From contig NC_091991.1 in the NCBI RefSeq assembly GCF_044704955.1, positions 36,084,001-36,148,000 on the forward strand: a stretch of DNA of 64,000 nucleotides. The letters run 5' to 3'. This stretch comes from Pristiophorus japonicus. Its lineage: Eukaryota. The position numbers were made by a program, and so were the translations under genes. Of this stretch, positions 12,733-25,200 are shown in pieces. Each line of letters begins with the position of its first letter. The first letter of the stretch is position 1. The notes beneath the pieces are model-generated. The model had not been told where the DNA came from, did no database searches, and worked only from the letters and a program-made list of their open reading frames with translations.

Positions 12733-13340
12733 AAAGTTAGTATGTAGGTACAGCAAGTAATCAGGAAGGCAAATGGAATGTTGGCCTTCATTGCAAGGGG
12801 GATGGAGTATAAAAGCAGAGAAGTCCTGCTACAACTGTACAGTGTATTGGTGAGCCCACACCTAGAGTACTGCATTCAATTTTGGTCTCCGTATTTAAGG
12901 AAGGATATACTTGCATTGGAGGCAGTTCAGAGAAGGTTCACTCGGTTGATTCCGGAGATGAGGGGGTTGACTGATGAAGATAGGTTGAGTAGGTTGGGCC
13001 TATATTCATTGGAGTTCAGAAGGATGAGAGGTGATCTTATCGAAACATCTACGATAATGAGGGTTCTCGACAAGGTGGATGCAGATATTTCCACATAGGG
13101 GAAACTAGAACTAGGGGACATAGACTCAGAATAAGAGGCCACCCATTTAAAACTGAGATGAGGTGGAATTCTTCTCTCAGAGGATTGTAAATCTGTGGAA
13201 TTCTCTGTCCCAGAGAGCTGTGGAGGCTGAATATAGACAGATTTTTAAGTGTAAAGGAATAAAGGGTTATGGGAAGCGGCAGGGAAGTGGAGCTGAGTCC
13301 ATGATCAGATCAGCCATGATCTTATTAAATGGTGGAGCAG
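12733..13340 (+). mobile_element. CR1-clade LINE 3' fragment
   Basis: ORF 12778..13098 [37 protein letters not shown]. Confidence 0.85.
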
Positions 13341-13506
13341 ACACCTCAAAGCACTAGAGAAGAACCACCAACACTGCCTCCGGAAGATCCTGCAAATCCA
13401 TTGGCAGGATAGGTGCACCAGCGTCAGTGTTCTCGCTCAGGCCATCATCGAAGCATTGACCACACATGATCAGCTCCGATGGTCAGGCCACATTGTCCGC
13501 ATGCCC

Positions 13507-16500
13507 TGTTATGTTCAGAATAAATTCACAGGACTATATCGCAAGCTCAAACTGTTGTGACCTTGGTCTCTTTATTCAGACTCTAGAGTGAGGAAGCAGC
13601 ATGGTGAATCACCTTTTATACCTGCTTGTCCCAGGGTGCACAGGTGACCCTTAGGTCTCCCACAGGTGTGCCCCCTAGTGGCAAGTCTTACATTTGGGTA
13701 AGGTCTACATACATACATAACATCACTCCCCCCCCCCCGCAAAGTCTTATTGTGCAAGTTATTTGCAAGTTGAGGCGATCTGGCGCCCCGCACCCCAGGT
13801 CAATCGCCTGGGTTGAAGTCCTGACATGGTGGGTTCATCCTTGTGGTTGACGGCAAAGTTGATCGTGTTAATGGGTCACTGGGGGCCAGGTCCTTTCACA
13901 GTGGTTCCTGGTTATCTGTCGTTCACAGTTTGGTCTTGTCCAACTGCTTTACTCGTTAGCCCAGTACATGGTTTCACAATCAAACGCTCCATTTTCGTCA
14001 CATATATTCCAATTCCCCCCTTGGCTTTTGTGGTGCTAGCGGCCCAACTGGGGCCCTGAACTTGGTCTATATCACTTATTCTGATGTCACGTGGAGGGGC
14101 CGTGCACCTATAGCGCATTCTCTGCTGATGACATGCGGAAGGCTCAGTGATTCAGTCTGGAAATTGCGTAACACCCAGGATGGCCGGGTCTGTAGGGAGT
14201 CTACCGTGGCACACATGGTGCTAGGTTTAGTGATTTGAGCACTGACCCTGAGGTCTGGCAAGCCTAGGATGGCTGCAATGGCCTTGACACTTGCGGTAGT
14301 GGCTGGAGGCCTAATGGTCGCCGTGGACATTGGGCCGTAGTTTGGGGGCCCCGTACCACTGACTGTGTGTAGCCGCCCTGCCTTGCTTTGCAACGCTGGG
14401 ATGGGTCTGTCATCTCTTTGGTGGATAGGTTGCCACATCCGGTCTAGCAGTTCACCTTTGGCAGGCGGTAACATGGGATCCTGGCTGGTCCAGGTCTTAA
14501 GCTGGGGGGCCGTTACGGTTGACCCCTCACTTTCTAGCACTTCCACGACCGCAAGTGGGTCTGCAGGCTGCGCCGTTTCCACCCCGAGGGTGGGCAACGG
14601 TGCCCAACTGAGAGCATAGGTGCCACTCTCTGTGCCTGGCCCGTGGCGGATCATATTACAGTGCACAGACAGTGTTGGACATTCTCGAAACAACGCATCG
14701 ATAATGGTGCCTCTGCTCTCCCAAGCTTGTGGGATGAACAGCTTGACTGACTCGAGCACATATTGGGACACTCTTTGGTACGTCTCTTTAGTCCCATGAA
14801 CACAGGCTGCTGCTTTGTTTAATTTATTTGATACATGTTCAATCGTTTGGGGCTTGCCCGCTACTTTTGCTTGCTGCACAACACTCCCGACCCCGTGCGG
14901 TAACATCTCACTTGCTATGAATACTTGTTAGATACCTATAAAATTGGTTGGAGTTCGCCTGCTACTTTGGCTTGCTGTACAACACACCCGACCCCGTGTG
15001 ATAACACATCACTTATTACAAGTACTTTGTCAGATACATATACGACCAGTTGGTGTTCGCCCACTACTTTGGCTTGTTGTAAGGTACCCCCAACCCCATA
15101 CAATGGTACATCATTGGCCGCGAAAGACCGCTCGCAAGGGTTACATAGTGCACACAATTTATTTGAGCATACTGGGTTCCTGGCCTTCACCGCGGCTGCC
15201 CCTTTACCTTTGCCCCAAACCCAGTCGTCTATCTTGCTGGGCGACACATTCCTCCGTTCGGTTGCGGCGACCTTCCATGGTCTGGACGCTCTCTCGTCCC
15301 GTGGTCTGGATGCCTTCTCGTCCCGTGGTCTGGATGCATCTTCATCCCGTAGTCTGGACGCCTTCTCATCCCGTGGTCTGGATGCCTTCTCTTCCCGTGG
15401 TCTGGACACCTTCTCGTCCCGTAGTCTGGATGCCTTCTTGTCCCGTGGTCTGGGCGCCCTGTCGTCCGTGTCCGTGATGCTGACTGCCGTGATCTTCCTT
15501 CCCAGGGATTTTGCCTCTGGCGTCGGAAAGATGCATTCGGATCATTTCGGCCGGAGTCCCACTCCGCAAGGTCGACCTGGAGCCTCTTCCATCGTCGCGA
15601 AGGGGTCGTCGGCTTCGAGTGATGGGTACTGCGCCTGTACCGCCGCTCGGTTGAACTTTACTTCCACGTGGTTGTGATGAGCGGCCTGTGCCTCGGGGAT
15701 CTGCAAATGGATCTGCACTTCAATGCCTGGTTCAGCTGGAAGTGGGGGTTTGCTCGGTCTTTGAGAAAGGGAGACCTCGTTCGCCAGAGAAGGTACGTAG
15801 AGGCCTTCTCAGTTCCATTGAATCATCCCCATCCACCTCCTGCCAAACAGCGTTGGCTCACCACCTGAAACAATCCACAGTGGTAAATCGTGCATTGCTC
15901 CCTCATGGAATACTCTTATGTCCGCACTACCAATAACTGGTATCAGTTCCTTGGTGTAAGTGCGCAGCTTTGCTTGAATCGGGATCAGCTCGGGTCGCTG
16001 TGCTTCGTCACACCACAGCCTCTCAAAACCCTTCTGGCTCATGACTGATTGACTTGCCCCTGTGTCTAGTTCCATGGAGACTGGAGTGCCGTTAAGTTCA
16101 ACTTTTAACATTATCGGAGGGCTTTTGGTGGTGAAGGTGTGCATCCCATATACTTCCTCTTCATCCTCAGGTTCAGTTGCCTCTCCTGCTCGTTCATCGT
16201 GATCCTCGATGGATCGGTCGTCCTCTTCTGACTCTGCCATGTGGTGAGTCAGAGATCATTTACACATTCGTTGGAGGTACCCCATTGTTCCACAGCCCTT
16301 GCACACATAGGGCTTGAATCTACATTGATGAGCTCTATGACTGCCCCCGCAGTGCCAACATGGTGCTAATGGATATGCATTCACACCCCATGGCGGACTC
16401 TGAGTCACTCTAGGCCTAGGTCTGGCCTCTGCAATCGGGTGGGCCCTGCCCTGTGCCGTTCTGCCTGCTGCAAACATTATTTTGTGCACGGTGCTCGCCG

Positions 16501-17272
16501 GTGAGCTTCGATTCTGTGAAGATATCTGTTTTGTGTTATTGCTCGTGGATATGAAGGCTTTGGCTATTGTGATGGCCTTGCTCAGATCTAGGGATTCGGC
16601 AGATAGCAGTATACGAAGGATGACCTCGTGGCCAATTCCAAGCACGAAAAGATCCCGCAACATTTCCCCCAAAGATCCTGCAAAGCAAGGCATGTTAGTT
16701 CGGCGACAAAACTCGCCACATTCTGGCCCTCGGAGCGATGGTGCGTGTAAAAGCGGTATCTGGCCATCAGGATGCTCTCCTTTGGCTTGAGATGTTCCTT
16801 AGCCAGCGTGCACAGCTCTGTGTAAGATTTGTCCATTATTTTGACCGGTGCCAGCAAATCTTTAAGGAGGCCATATACCAATGACCCACATACAGTGAGG
16901 AGAATTGCCCTGCACTTGGTCGTCGTCTCAGCCTTGTCCAATTCGTTGGCCACGAAGTACTGATCGAGGCGCTCAACGAATCTTCCCAATCATCACCCTC
17001 AACAAATCTCTCAAGAATACCAACGGCAGCCATTACCACGTGAAAGTTCGTGATCCGTTACTCGTCGCCAATTTCGCAATAAATTCACAGGACTATATCG
17101 CAAGCTCAAACTGTTGTGACCTTGGTCTTTTTATTCAGACTCTAGAGTGAGGAAGCAGCATGGTGAATCACCCTTTATACCTGCTTGCCCCAGGATGCAC
17201 AGGTGACCGTTAGGTCTCCCACAGGTGTGCTCCCTAGTGGCAAGTCTTACAATTGGGTAAGGTCTACATACA
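13507..17272 (-). mobile_element. Gypsy (Mag-like) LTR retrotransposon 1, decayed
   Basis: LTRs 13507-13722 and ~17078-17272; TGCCC TSD; PBS TGGCGACGAG (rc 17061-17070, tRNA-Ser-like); PPT next to 13723; gag with CCHC knuckles and protease ELDTGAS on minus strand. Confidence 0.9.
15277..15468. repeat. 24-bp tandem repeat, about 8 units (GTGGTCTGGATGCCTTCTCGTCCC)
   Basis: Units start at 15277, 15301, 15325, 15349, 15373, 15397, 15421 and 15445. Confidence 0.92.
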
Positions 17273-19149
17273 TGCCCGATATGAGACACCCAAAACAAGC
17301 GCTCTACTCGGAGCTCCGACACAGCAAATGAGCCCCAGGTGGGCAGAGGAAATGCTTCAAGGACACCCTCAAAGCCTCCTTGAAAAGTGCAACATCCCCA
17401 CCGACACCTGAGAATCCCTGACCCAAGACCGCTCAAAGTGGAGAAGAAGCATCTGGGAAGGCGCCAAACACCTCGAGTATCTTTGCTGGGAGCAAGCAGA
17501 AGCCAAGCGCAAACAGTGGAAGGAGCGCACGACAACCCAAGCACCCCATCCATCCATCCATTCAACCACCGTCTGCCCCACTTGTGACAGAGACTGTAGG
17601 TCCCGCATTGGACTCATCAGTCACCTGAGAACTCATTTTAGTGTGTAATTAAGTCATCCTCGACTCTGAGCGACTGCCTAAGAAGAGTCAAGATTACCAC
17701 AATATTGTGGTAATATGTGGAAATTTATTCATCTTTAAGACCAAATATATCAAAATTTAGGAATGACCAACAAAATATGTTACATTTTTAAACCAACAGA
17801 ATTGATTGTCACTCCTAATGCACATGGAGACAAGTCTATCACTATCCTCCTCACTATTCACTATACTTCCAAGTTTTGTGTCATCTGCAAGTTGAAAGGG
17901 TTGTATTAATAGAACCATTCACTGTAAATCATTTTGACACTGTACATTTGCTGGTCAGACCGCATCTGGAGTAATGTTCAAGTTTTGGTCCCCGATATGA
18001 TGGGTCATTTAGTGGCCTTGGAAAATGTCCCCAGGAGAGCTACAGCAATGATTCCCAGCTGAAAGAACCTCAGCTGCACAGATAGGCTCAAGGACCTTGG
18101 TCTATTTACTTTCGTGCAGCGTAAACTTAGAGGTAACCTGATAGAGGTCTGTAAAATAATTAAAGGGCTGGATGGCGACCCTATTGATAGATTATTCCAG
18201 TTTAACAGATTGGGTAGGAATAGACTTGGATTTTAGGCAGTTCTTTTTTTCCCAGAGCATTGAGCTTCTGGAATACATTGCCAGCTGGTATGATGAGTGC
18301 TGACTCTGTATGCCTTTCTGGGGCAGAAAGCACATCATCTGAAAGGCAAGTGTCTTTATAGGTAATGCTTAGTCCGTGTGATCTCCTGGACTGGTTTTGA
18401 TCGCCTGTGGGGTCGAAGAGGAATTTTAGAACATTTTTTTCCCCCTTATTGGCCCTGGGTTTTTTCTGGTTTCTTGTCTTTTCCAGGAGCTTACATGGCT
18501 GCGGGGGGGGGGAAGAAGTGTTTAGCCATAATGAGGGAGGCAGGTTTGATGGGCCAGCTGGTCTTTTCCTGTCCATCATTTTCATATGTTAATAAGTTTC
18601 AGATACAGCAGCTTTGCAACAAGCTGTGTTCTGTGTTTATAAAAGGGCTTGGAGGCTGTCCGTAGTTTATAATTTGCAGGCGTCCATTTTTTGGCAGTCT
18701 CCATCAATACAGGTTTCACTGTAGTCCCAATATTTCAAGTCTGTCTATCCTGTGTTTTATGACTCGCTAACATTGGTGTCTGTTGTAAGCTCATTCCCAT
18801 TACTGGCTCCATGCATGCAGCATCTACTGAGCAATAATGAACATCGTCATCACACTCGCACTTGCTATTGTATAAAAATACAAAATAGATTAGAGTGACT
18901 CCAGTCTCAATCCAGGGCCATTTCCATATAATCCTGATATTGGTGCTGTGCAAGAACAGTGACCTGAGTTTCTGTATACTGGTATAAGGGGGATTCACAC
19001 TGTCAACCTCTGTGTTTTTTTATTAGTTCCAAGGATGTGGCCGTCACTGTCAAGACCAGTCTTTATTGGCCATCCCTATTTGCCCTTGAGAAGGTGGTGG
19101 TGAGATGCCCCTTCCTGAACCGCTGCAGTCTGTGTGGTGAAGGTACTTC

Positions 19150-19606
19150 AGGGAGCAGCACGACCTGAGACGACAGCGAAGAGTGACATCGTCAAGGTTC
19201 AGGCCGGTGATTGGAGCGTGGGCAGTTACAGCAGGAGCGGCGAACTCGGGGCGAAGGAATGGCGTGAGATTGTGGAGGGACGTGATCGGGACCCAGGGGA
19301 GGTGTGAATTCGGGGCAGCATTGTCCAGCCCACACTGTACTACATCCGTGCATCAGAGCAGATCTCCAATCACCTTGGGTAATCCTTGCCACTGGACCAA
19401 GACCTAGCTCTATCAAGCCCGTGTGGTGGCTGGTGTGCAACGGTCACCACACGTTAAAAAAATCCACACACTGGCATCTTCCACCATCCAAGATGTAGTT
19501 CAGGACCTGGAACTTTAGGTCCTTCATTGGAACACCTGTGAACTTATCCTTTTTTGGTGTGGAAGCAAGTCATCCTCGTTTCGAGGGACCGCCTATGATG
19601 ATGATG
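19150..19606 (+). mobile_element. Non-autonomous retroelement with RTE-type 3' tail
   Basis: Shares body with 5832-6288; ends gtggaagcaagtcatcctcgtttcgagggaccgcctatgatgatgatga. Confidence 0.65.
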
Positions 19607-19704
19607 ACATGGAGACAGACCTAGAACATGATGTATGTCGTTGATGACTTAACATCCAGTGAACATTTAAGACCAACTTTTAGAATGTGTAATTCAATTA
19701 TTAC

Positions 19705-20665
19705 ATAAGAACATAAGAACATAAGAAATAGGAGCAGGAGTAGGCCTTAATACGATCATGGCTGATCCGATCATGGACTCAGGTCCACTTCCCTGCCCGC
19801 TCCTCATAATCCCTTATTCCATTATCGGTTAAGAAACTGTCTATCTCTGTCTTAAATCTACTCAATGACCCAGCTTCCACAGCTCTCTGAGGTAGCAAAT
19901 TCTACAGATTCACAGCCCTCTGAGAGAATAAATTCTTCCTCATCTCAGTTTTAAATGGGCGGCCCCTTATTCTAAGATTATGCCCCCTAGTTCTAGTCTC
20001 CCCTATCAGTGGAAACATCCTCTCTGCATCCACCTTGTCAAGATCCCTCATAATCTTATACGTTTCGATAAGATTACCTCTCATTCTTCTGAATTCCAAT
20101 GAGTAGAGGTCCAACCTACTCAACCTTTCCTGATAAGTCAACCCCCTCATCCCCAGAATCAACCTAGTGAACCTTCTCTGAACTGCCTCCAAAGCAAGTA
20201 TATCCTTTCGTAAATTGGAAACCAAAACTGTACACAGTATTCTAGGTGTGGCCTCACCAATACCTTGTATAACTGTAGCAAGACTTCCCTGCTTTTATAC
20301 TCCATCCCCTTTGCTAATAAAGGCCAAGATTCCATTGGCCTTCCTGATCACTTGCTGTACCTGCATACTAACCTTTTGTGTATCATGCACCAGGATCCCC
20401 CAGGTCGGGCTGTACTGCAGCACTTTGCAATTTTTCTCCATTTAAATAAATAACTTGCTCTTTGATTTTTTTCTGCCAAAGTGCATAACCTCACACTTTC
20501 CAACATTATACTCCATCTGCCAAATTTTTGCCCACTCATTAAGCCTGTCTATGTCCTTTTGCAGATTTTTTGTGTCCTCCTCACACATTGCTTTTCCTCC
20601 CATCTTTGTATCATCAGCAAACTTGGCTACGTTATACTCGGTCCCTTCTTCCAAATCATTAATAC
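19705..20665 (-). mobile_element. CR1-clade LINE 3' fragment
   Basis: Minus-strand ORFs KFADDTKMGG and [14 protein letters not shown]; (ACATAAGA)n tail at the left end. Confidence 0.85.
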
Positions 20666-22290
20666 AGATGAAGTGGTGAATATTTTGTGTTGCAATTTTG
20701 CAAGTAATCTATTGGACCATAAATATTTTCCTTGTGCTAGTCAGGGCATCTTAAGAAAACAAAATGTCAGAAATTGCTTAAAGTCTGTGGGCATATAACC
20801 ATTTTATGTCATGGATGTGGGATTATTTTTAGCATAGTTTATTGCCACCATAGAACTATTCCTTTTTTAGTACTCCAGTTGTTCTTTGAATCTCAAAATT
20901 TAATTAAGACTTGCTGTAGTTCGAAACACCAGTGGAAGAATTGAATGAACACACAGTAGCCAAATAACAGACAAAGCAGTGGTGTGAATTTTCTTCAAGC
21001 TTTTACGAATTGAGTTTTTGTCTCCATCTATCTATCTCATTTAAATATACAAATGGGAGGAACAATAATAAATCAGAACATGTTAATATGCAGATTATCT
21101 CTGTAAAACTGCCAACGTAAAATCAGTTTACATGTAGATAATATCAGTTGAATCCATCTGATATGAAGGATATCATGTGTACCTATAAGCAACGGACATC
21201 CTGTGTTTCAAAAAAATGTTGCATCATTTTTATTCACAAAACAGTCATTTCAGTTACATTGTCCCTGAGTACAGCGGAGAATGGAGAGGGTGGGGACACA
21301 GTGTAAGTAGGAAGCAGCAAGAGACCAGGCAAAATGACATTAATGTTCCAGGAACAGGGAAATGGGTTCACTGACAGTCTAGGATTGGAGAAAATAGATC
21401 CAGAATTGGCCTGGACATGGAGAGCTAGATCCAGAATTGGCCTGAGAGTGGACACAAACTGGACACCTTTTTTTCTTGTGGTCTTCATATTTCACTGTTG
21501 ACTGGGTGACTGATCATATGACATTGCTCCCACAGATGCATCAGCTCATTCAAAATTGACATTGAAGGCAATCATAACACTCAAGACAGTCAGATATTTA
21601 GTTATTGATGTTTTTTCTCATTTTTGGTTATTTCAGCCTTAGTGGGCTAGGTTCAAACTGATTGGTATCAAATATGAAAGCAACAATGCTGATGTATACT
21701 CTAATTTCCCCCTCTTATGGAAAAGCACTTTGCTTTTGCTCAAGATACCAGAATTTAAAGATAGTGTCAAACCATTGATGCTGATACATAATAGTTACTA
21801 CATTGAAAGAACAAATATATGCAAATTTAATGGCTCATGAAGTTGTTGCTTGTTGACCAAATTAAGTGAACTGTTTGTTTTAATGCTTCTGTACATTTTT
21901 TGTTGACAACAGATGTTACATCAGTTTTGTTGACCAGAAAACTCATTTTGGCATTGGAAATATGTTCCTCAGATTTTACTACCTATCTCCAGAGATTTCA
22001 ACAGATGTCATCATAAATAAATGTAGAATTTATCAACTTTTTTGCAGGTTTCCAGTGATAATGTTCTTAGCTATTTATTTATATCCTAAACTCGCATTTG
22101 TCTCAGTGATTATCATATCACACTTGTTATAGTTCAGGCTGTTTGATACTATTTCTGTTCTAATGGGTGTATCAGACGACCCAAAAATAGCTCCTTACAA
22201 TCCGGTAGCGTACATCCTAGGTGGGATAATCTGAGGCTAGCACTTACCGTATTTAGGAATAACATTGCACACTGGAAGTTGAATAGTTTT

Positions 22291-25200
22291 TGTAATGTAT
22301 GTACGTAAGGTCTGCCCACCACCAGGGGGCACTACCGTCAGAGATCCGAGAGTCATAGGTACACTCGTGCTGGGCCCGGTATATAACCTGAACTTCACCT
22401 TTGCATCTTCAGTTTTGGAAGCCATTAAAGACTGACCAGGTTACACCTAGTCACTGGCTCACAGTACGGAGTTCATTATATCATTTCATACACTACAACT
22501 GGCAACGAAGCAAATACAAACCCACGCAAAAGTATGGCGAGCACAGCATGATCGAGTACTGTTGGAATTTTCGAGAGATTCAATGAAGGAGAGGATTGGA
22601 GAGATTTCATGGATCGTCTTGACCAGTATTTCGTGGAAAACGACCTAAACAAAGACGAGGATGCAGGGAAGCGCAAGGCAGTTCTTCTCACCATCTGTGG
22701 CTCTACAATCTATTAACTCAACAAGAATCTGCTCTCACCCACTCTTCCTACAGAAAAGGATTACAAAGAACTGTGTGCTCTAGTTCGGTAACACCTTAAA
22801 CCCCCAGAAGGAATCCTCATATCCAGTTATCGCTTCTATATGCACGTTCGTCCAGAAGGCCAGGACGAAGCGGCATTTGTTGCTGACCTGAGACGTCTTG
22901 CAGGGCCTTGCAAATTTGGGCCTACGTTGGAAGACATGCTGCATGACTTTTTCGTGATCGGGGTCAACCACGAGGCGATCTTAAGTAAGCTGCTGGCTGC
23001 GGAGACGCTGGACCTCAGCAAGGTCATCACCATCGCCAAGGCTTGCATGTCCACGCAGAAAAGCACAAAGCAGATATCGCGACAAAACAGGAACTCCACG
23101 GCAAGTACTGTGTACAAAATTGTATCGACAGTTGGCAGAGCTGCACATGGCAGGGCCTACTCGACCACGTATGCGAGAACGGGAGCCGCTCAAAGTTTGC
23201 CATCGAGGGCCTACTCGACTGCATATGCGAGAACTGGAGCTGCTCAAAGCCCGCCATCGGGCACAAATCCGAGCTCAATGTGCTGGCGTTGCGGTGGCAA
23301 TCACCGACCCGATTAGTGTCGCTTCAGGCAGTATGTATGCAGAGGGTGTGCGAAGACGGGGCATCTTCAGCGGACATGTCCGCAGCCGAGCAAGTGAGCT
23401 GCGACACACCACATGGATGATGGTCAATTCAGTGTGGATCTGGCGATGCAGCCTGAGGCATTTGAGAGCTCCGAGGAGGAAGTGTATAGCGTACATACGT
23501 TCCTAACAAAGAGATAACCGATAATGATGGAGGTAAAATTAAACGACGTGCCGGTATCCATAGAATTAGACACGGGTGCGAGTCAATCGATAATCAGCCA
23601 GAGGATTTTCGAAAAGCTTTGGGAGACCAGGGAAAAGACCCAAGCTGAGTCCGATAAATGCGAAGTTGCGTACCTACACCAAAGAGCTCATACCAGTGAT
23701 CGGTAGTGCAGCAGTAAGAGTGTCGTACGAGGGAGCGGTTCATGATCTACCATTATGGATTATCCTGGGCAATGGCCGATCGTTATTTGGCAGGAGTTGA
23801 CTCGAGAAAATAAAATGGAAATGGTACGATATCAAAGCTTTGTCATCAGCGGATGATGATTTGTGTGCTCAAGTGCTGAGCAAATTCCCTCACTGTTTGA
23901 ACCGGGAATTGGCAGCTTCAAAGGAGCCAAGATGCAGATTCACCTAGGCCCAGACGCAAGGCCCATCCATCACAAAGCCAGGGTGGTCCCGCACATGATG
24001 AGAAAAGGTCGATCTCGAATTGGACAAGCTATAACGCGAGGGGGTCATCTCACCGGTCGAATTTAATGAATGAGCCAATCCCATTGTTCTGGTGTTAAAG
24101 AGCGATGGCACGGTCAGGATTTGTGGAGACTACAAGGTCACAATCAACCAAGTTTCGAAACAAGATCAGTACCTGCTACCGAAAGCTGATGACCTGTTTG
24201 CAATGCTGGTTGGAGGAAAATTGTTCACTAAATTGGATCTAACGTTGGCCTACATGATACAGGAACTGGTTGAATCATCAAAGAAACTTACGTGCATCAA
24301 CACACACAAAGGACTGTTTATTACAACAGGTGCCCTTTTGGCATTCGTTCGACGGCAGCCATATTTCAGAGAAACATGGAGAGCCTATTGAAATCCATCC
24401 CCAGGACCGTGGTATTCCAAGTCAACATCCTAGTCACAGAACATGACAGCGCCGAGCACCTGCACATTCTGGAAGAGGTTCTGCATTGTCTGGACAAAGT
24501 GGGACTCAGGCTAAAACATTCGAAGTGCGTTTTCATGGCACCAGAGGTCAAATTTCTTGGACGAATGATTGCTGCAGATGGAATCCGGCCTACAGACGTG
24601 AAAACAGAGGCCATCAAAAAGGCACCCAAGCCCCAGAATGTGAAGGAGCTGCATTCGTTCCTGGGCCTTCTCAACTACTTCGGTAACTTCTTACCCAAAT
24701 TGAGCACAGTATTAGAGCCTTTGCATAAGCTGCTCAGGAAAGGAGACGACTGGATGTGGGATGAACTTCAAGACAGAGCCTTTGAGAAGGCTAGAACTCT
24801 GCTGTGTTCCCACAAGCTACTGGTCCTGTATGACCCATGCAAGCGTCTAGTTTTGATCTGTGATGCATCATCCTATGGGGTCAGCTGCGTACTCCAGCAA
24901 GCCAAAGAGTCAGGCAAACTACAACCAGTTGCATACGCGTCTCGAAGCCTGTCCAAGGCGGAAAGAGCCTATGCCATGGTAGAGAAAGAGGCTTTAGCAT
25001 GTGTTTATGGGTTAAAAAAAATGCACCAGTACCTGTTTGGGCTTCGCTTCGAGCTGGAAACCAATCACAAGCCACTTATATCATAGTTCTCGGAACATAA
25101 AGGTATCAAAACCAACACATCGTCCCACATCCAGAGGTGGGCGCTAACATTATCTGCCTATGATTATGTCATTCGCCATAGACCAGGCACCGACAACTGC

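Larger units (their letters stand above)
13341..17686 (+). mobile_element. RTE-clade LINE 3' fragment, interrupted by a Gypsy element at 13507-17272
   Basis: LRWSGHIVRMP (to 13506) continues as DMRHPKQALYSEL after 17277; C-terminal CPTCDRDCRSRIGLISHLRTH and RTE tail. Confidence 0.8.

Noticed and set aside
14925-15677. 250-aa ORF with SRGLDAFS repeats as a novel protein
   Set aside because: Antisense read-through of a 24-bp tandem repeat inside a decayed Gypsy pol.
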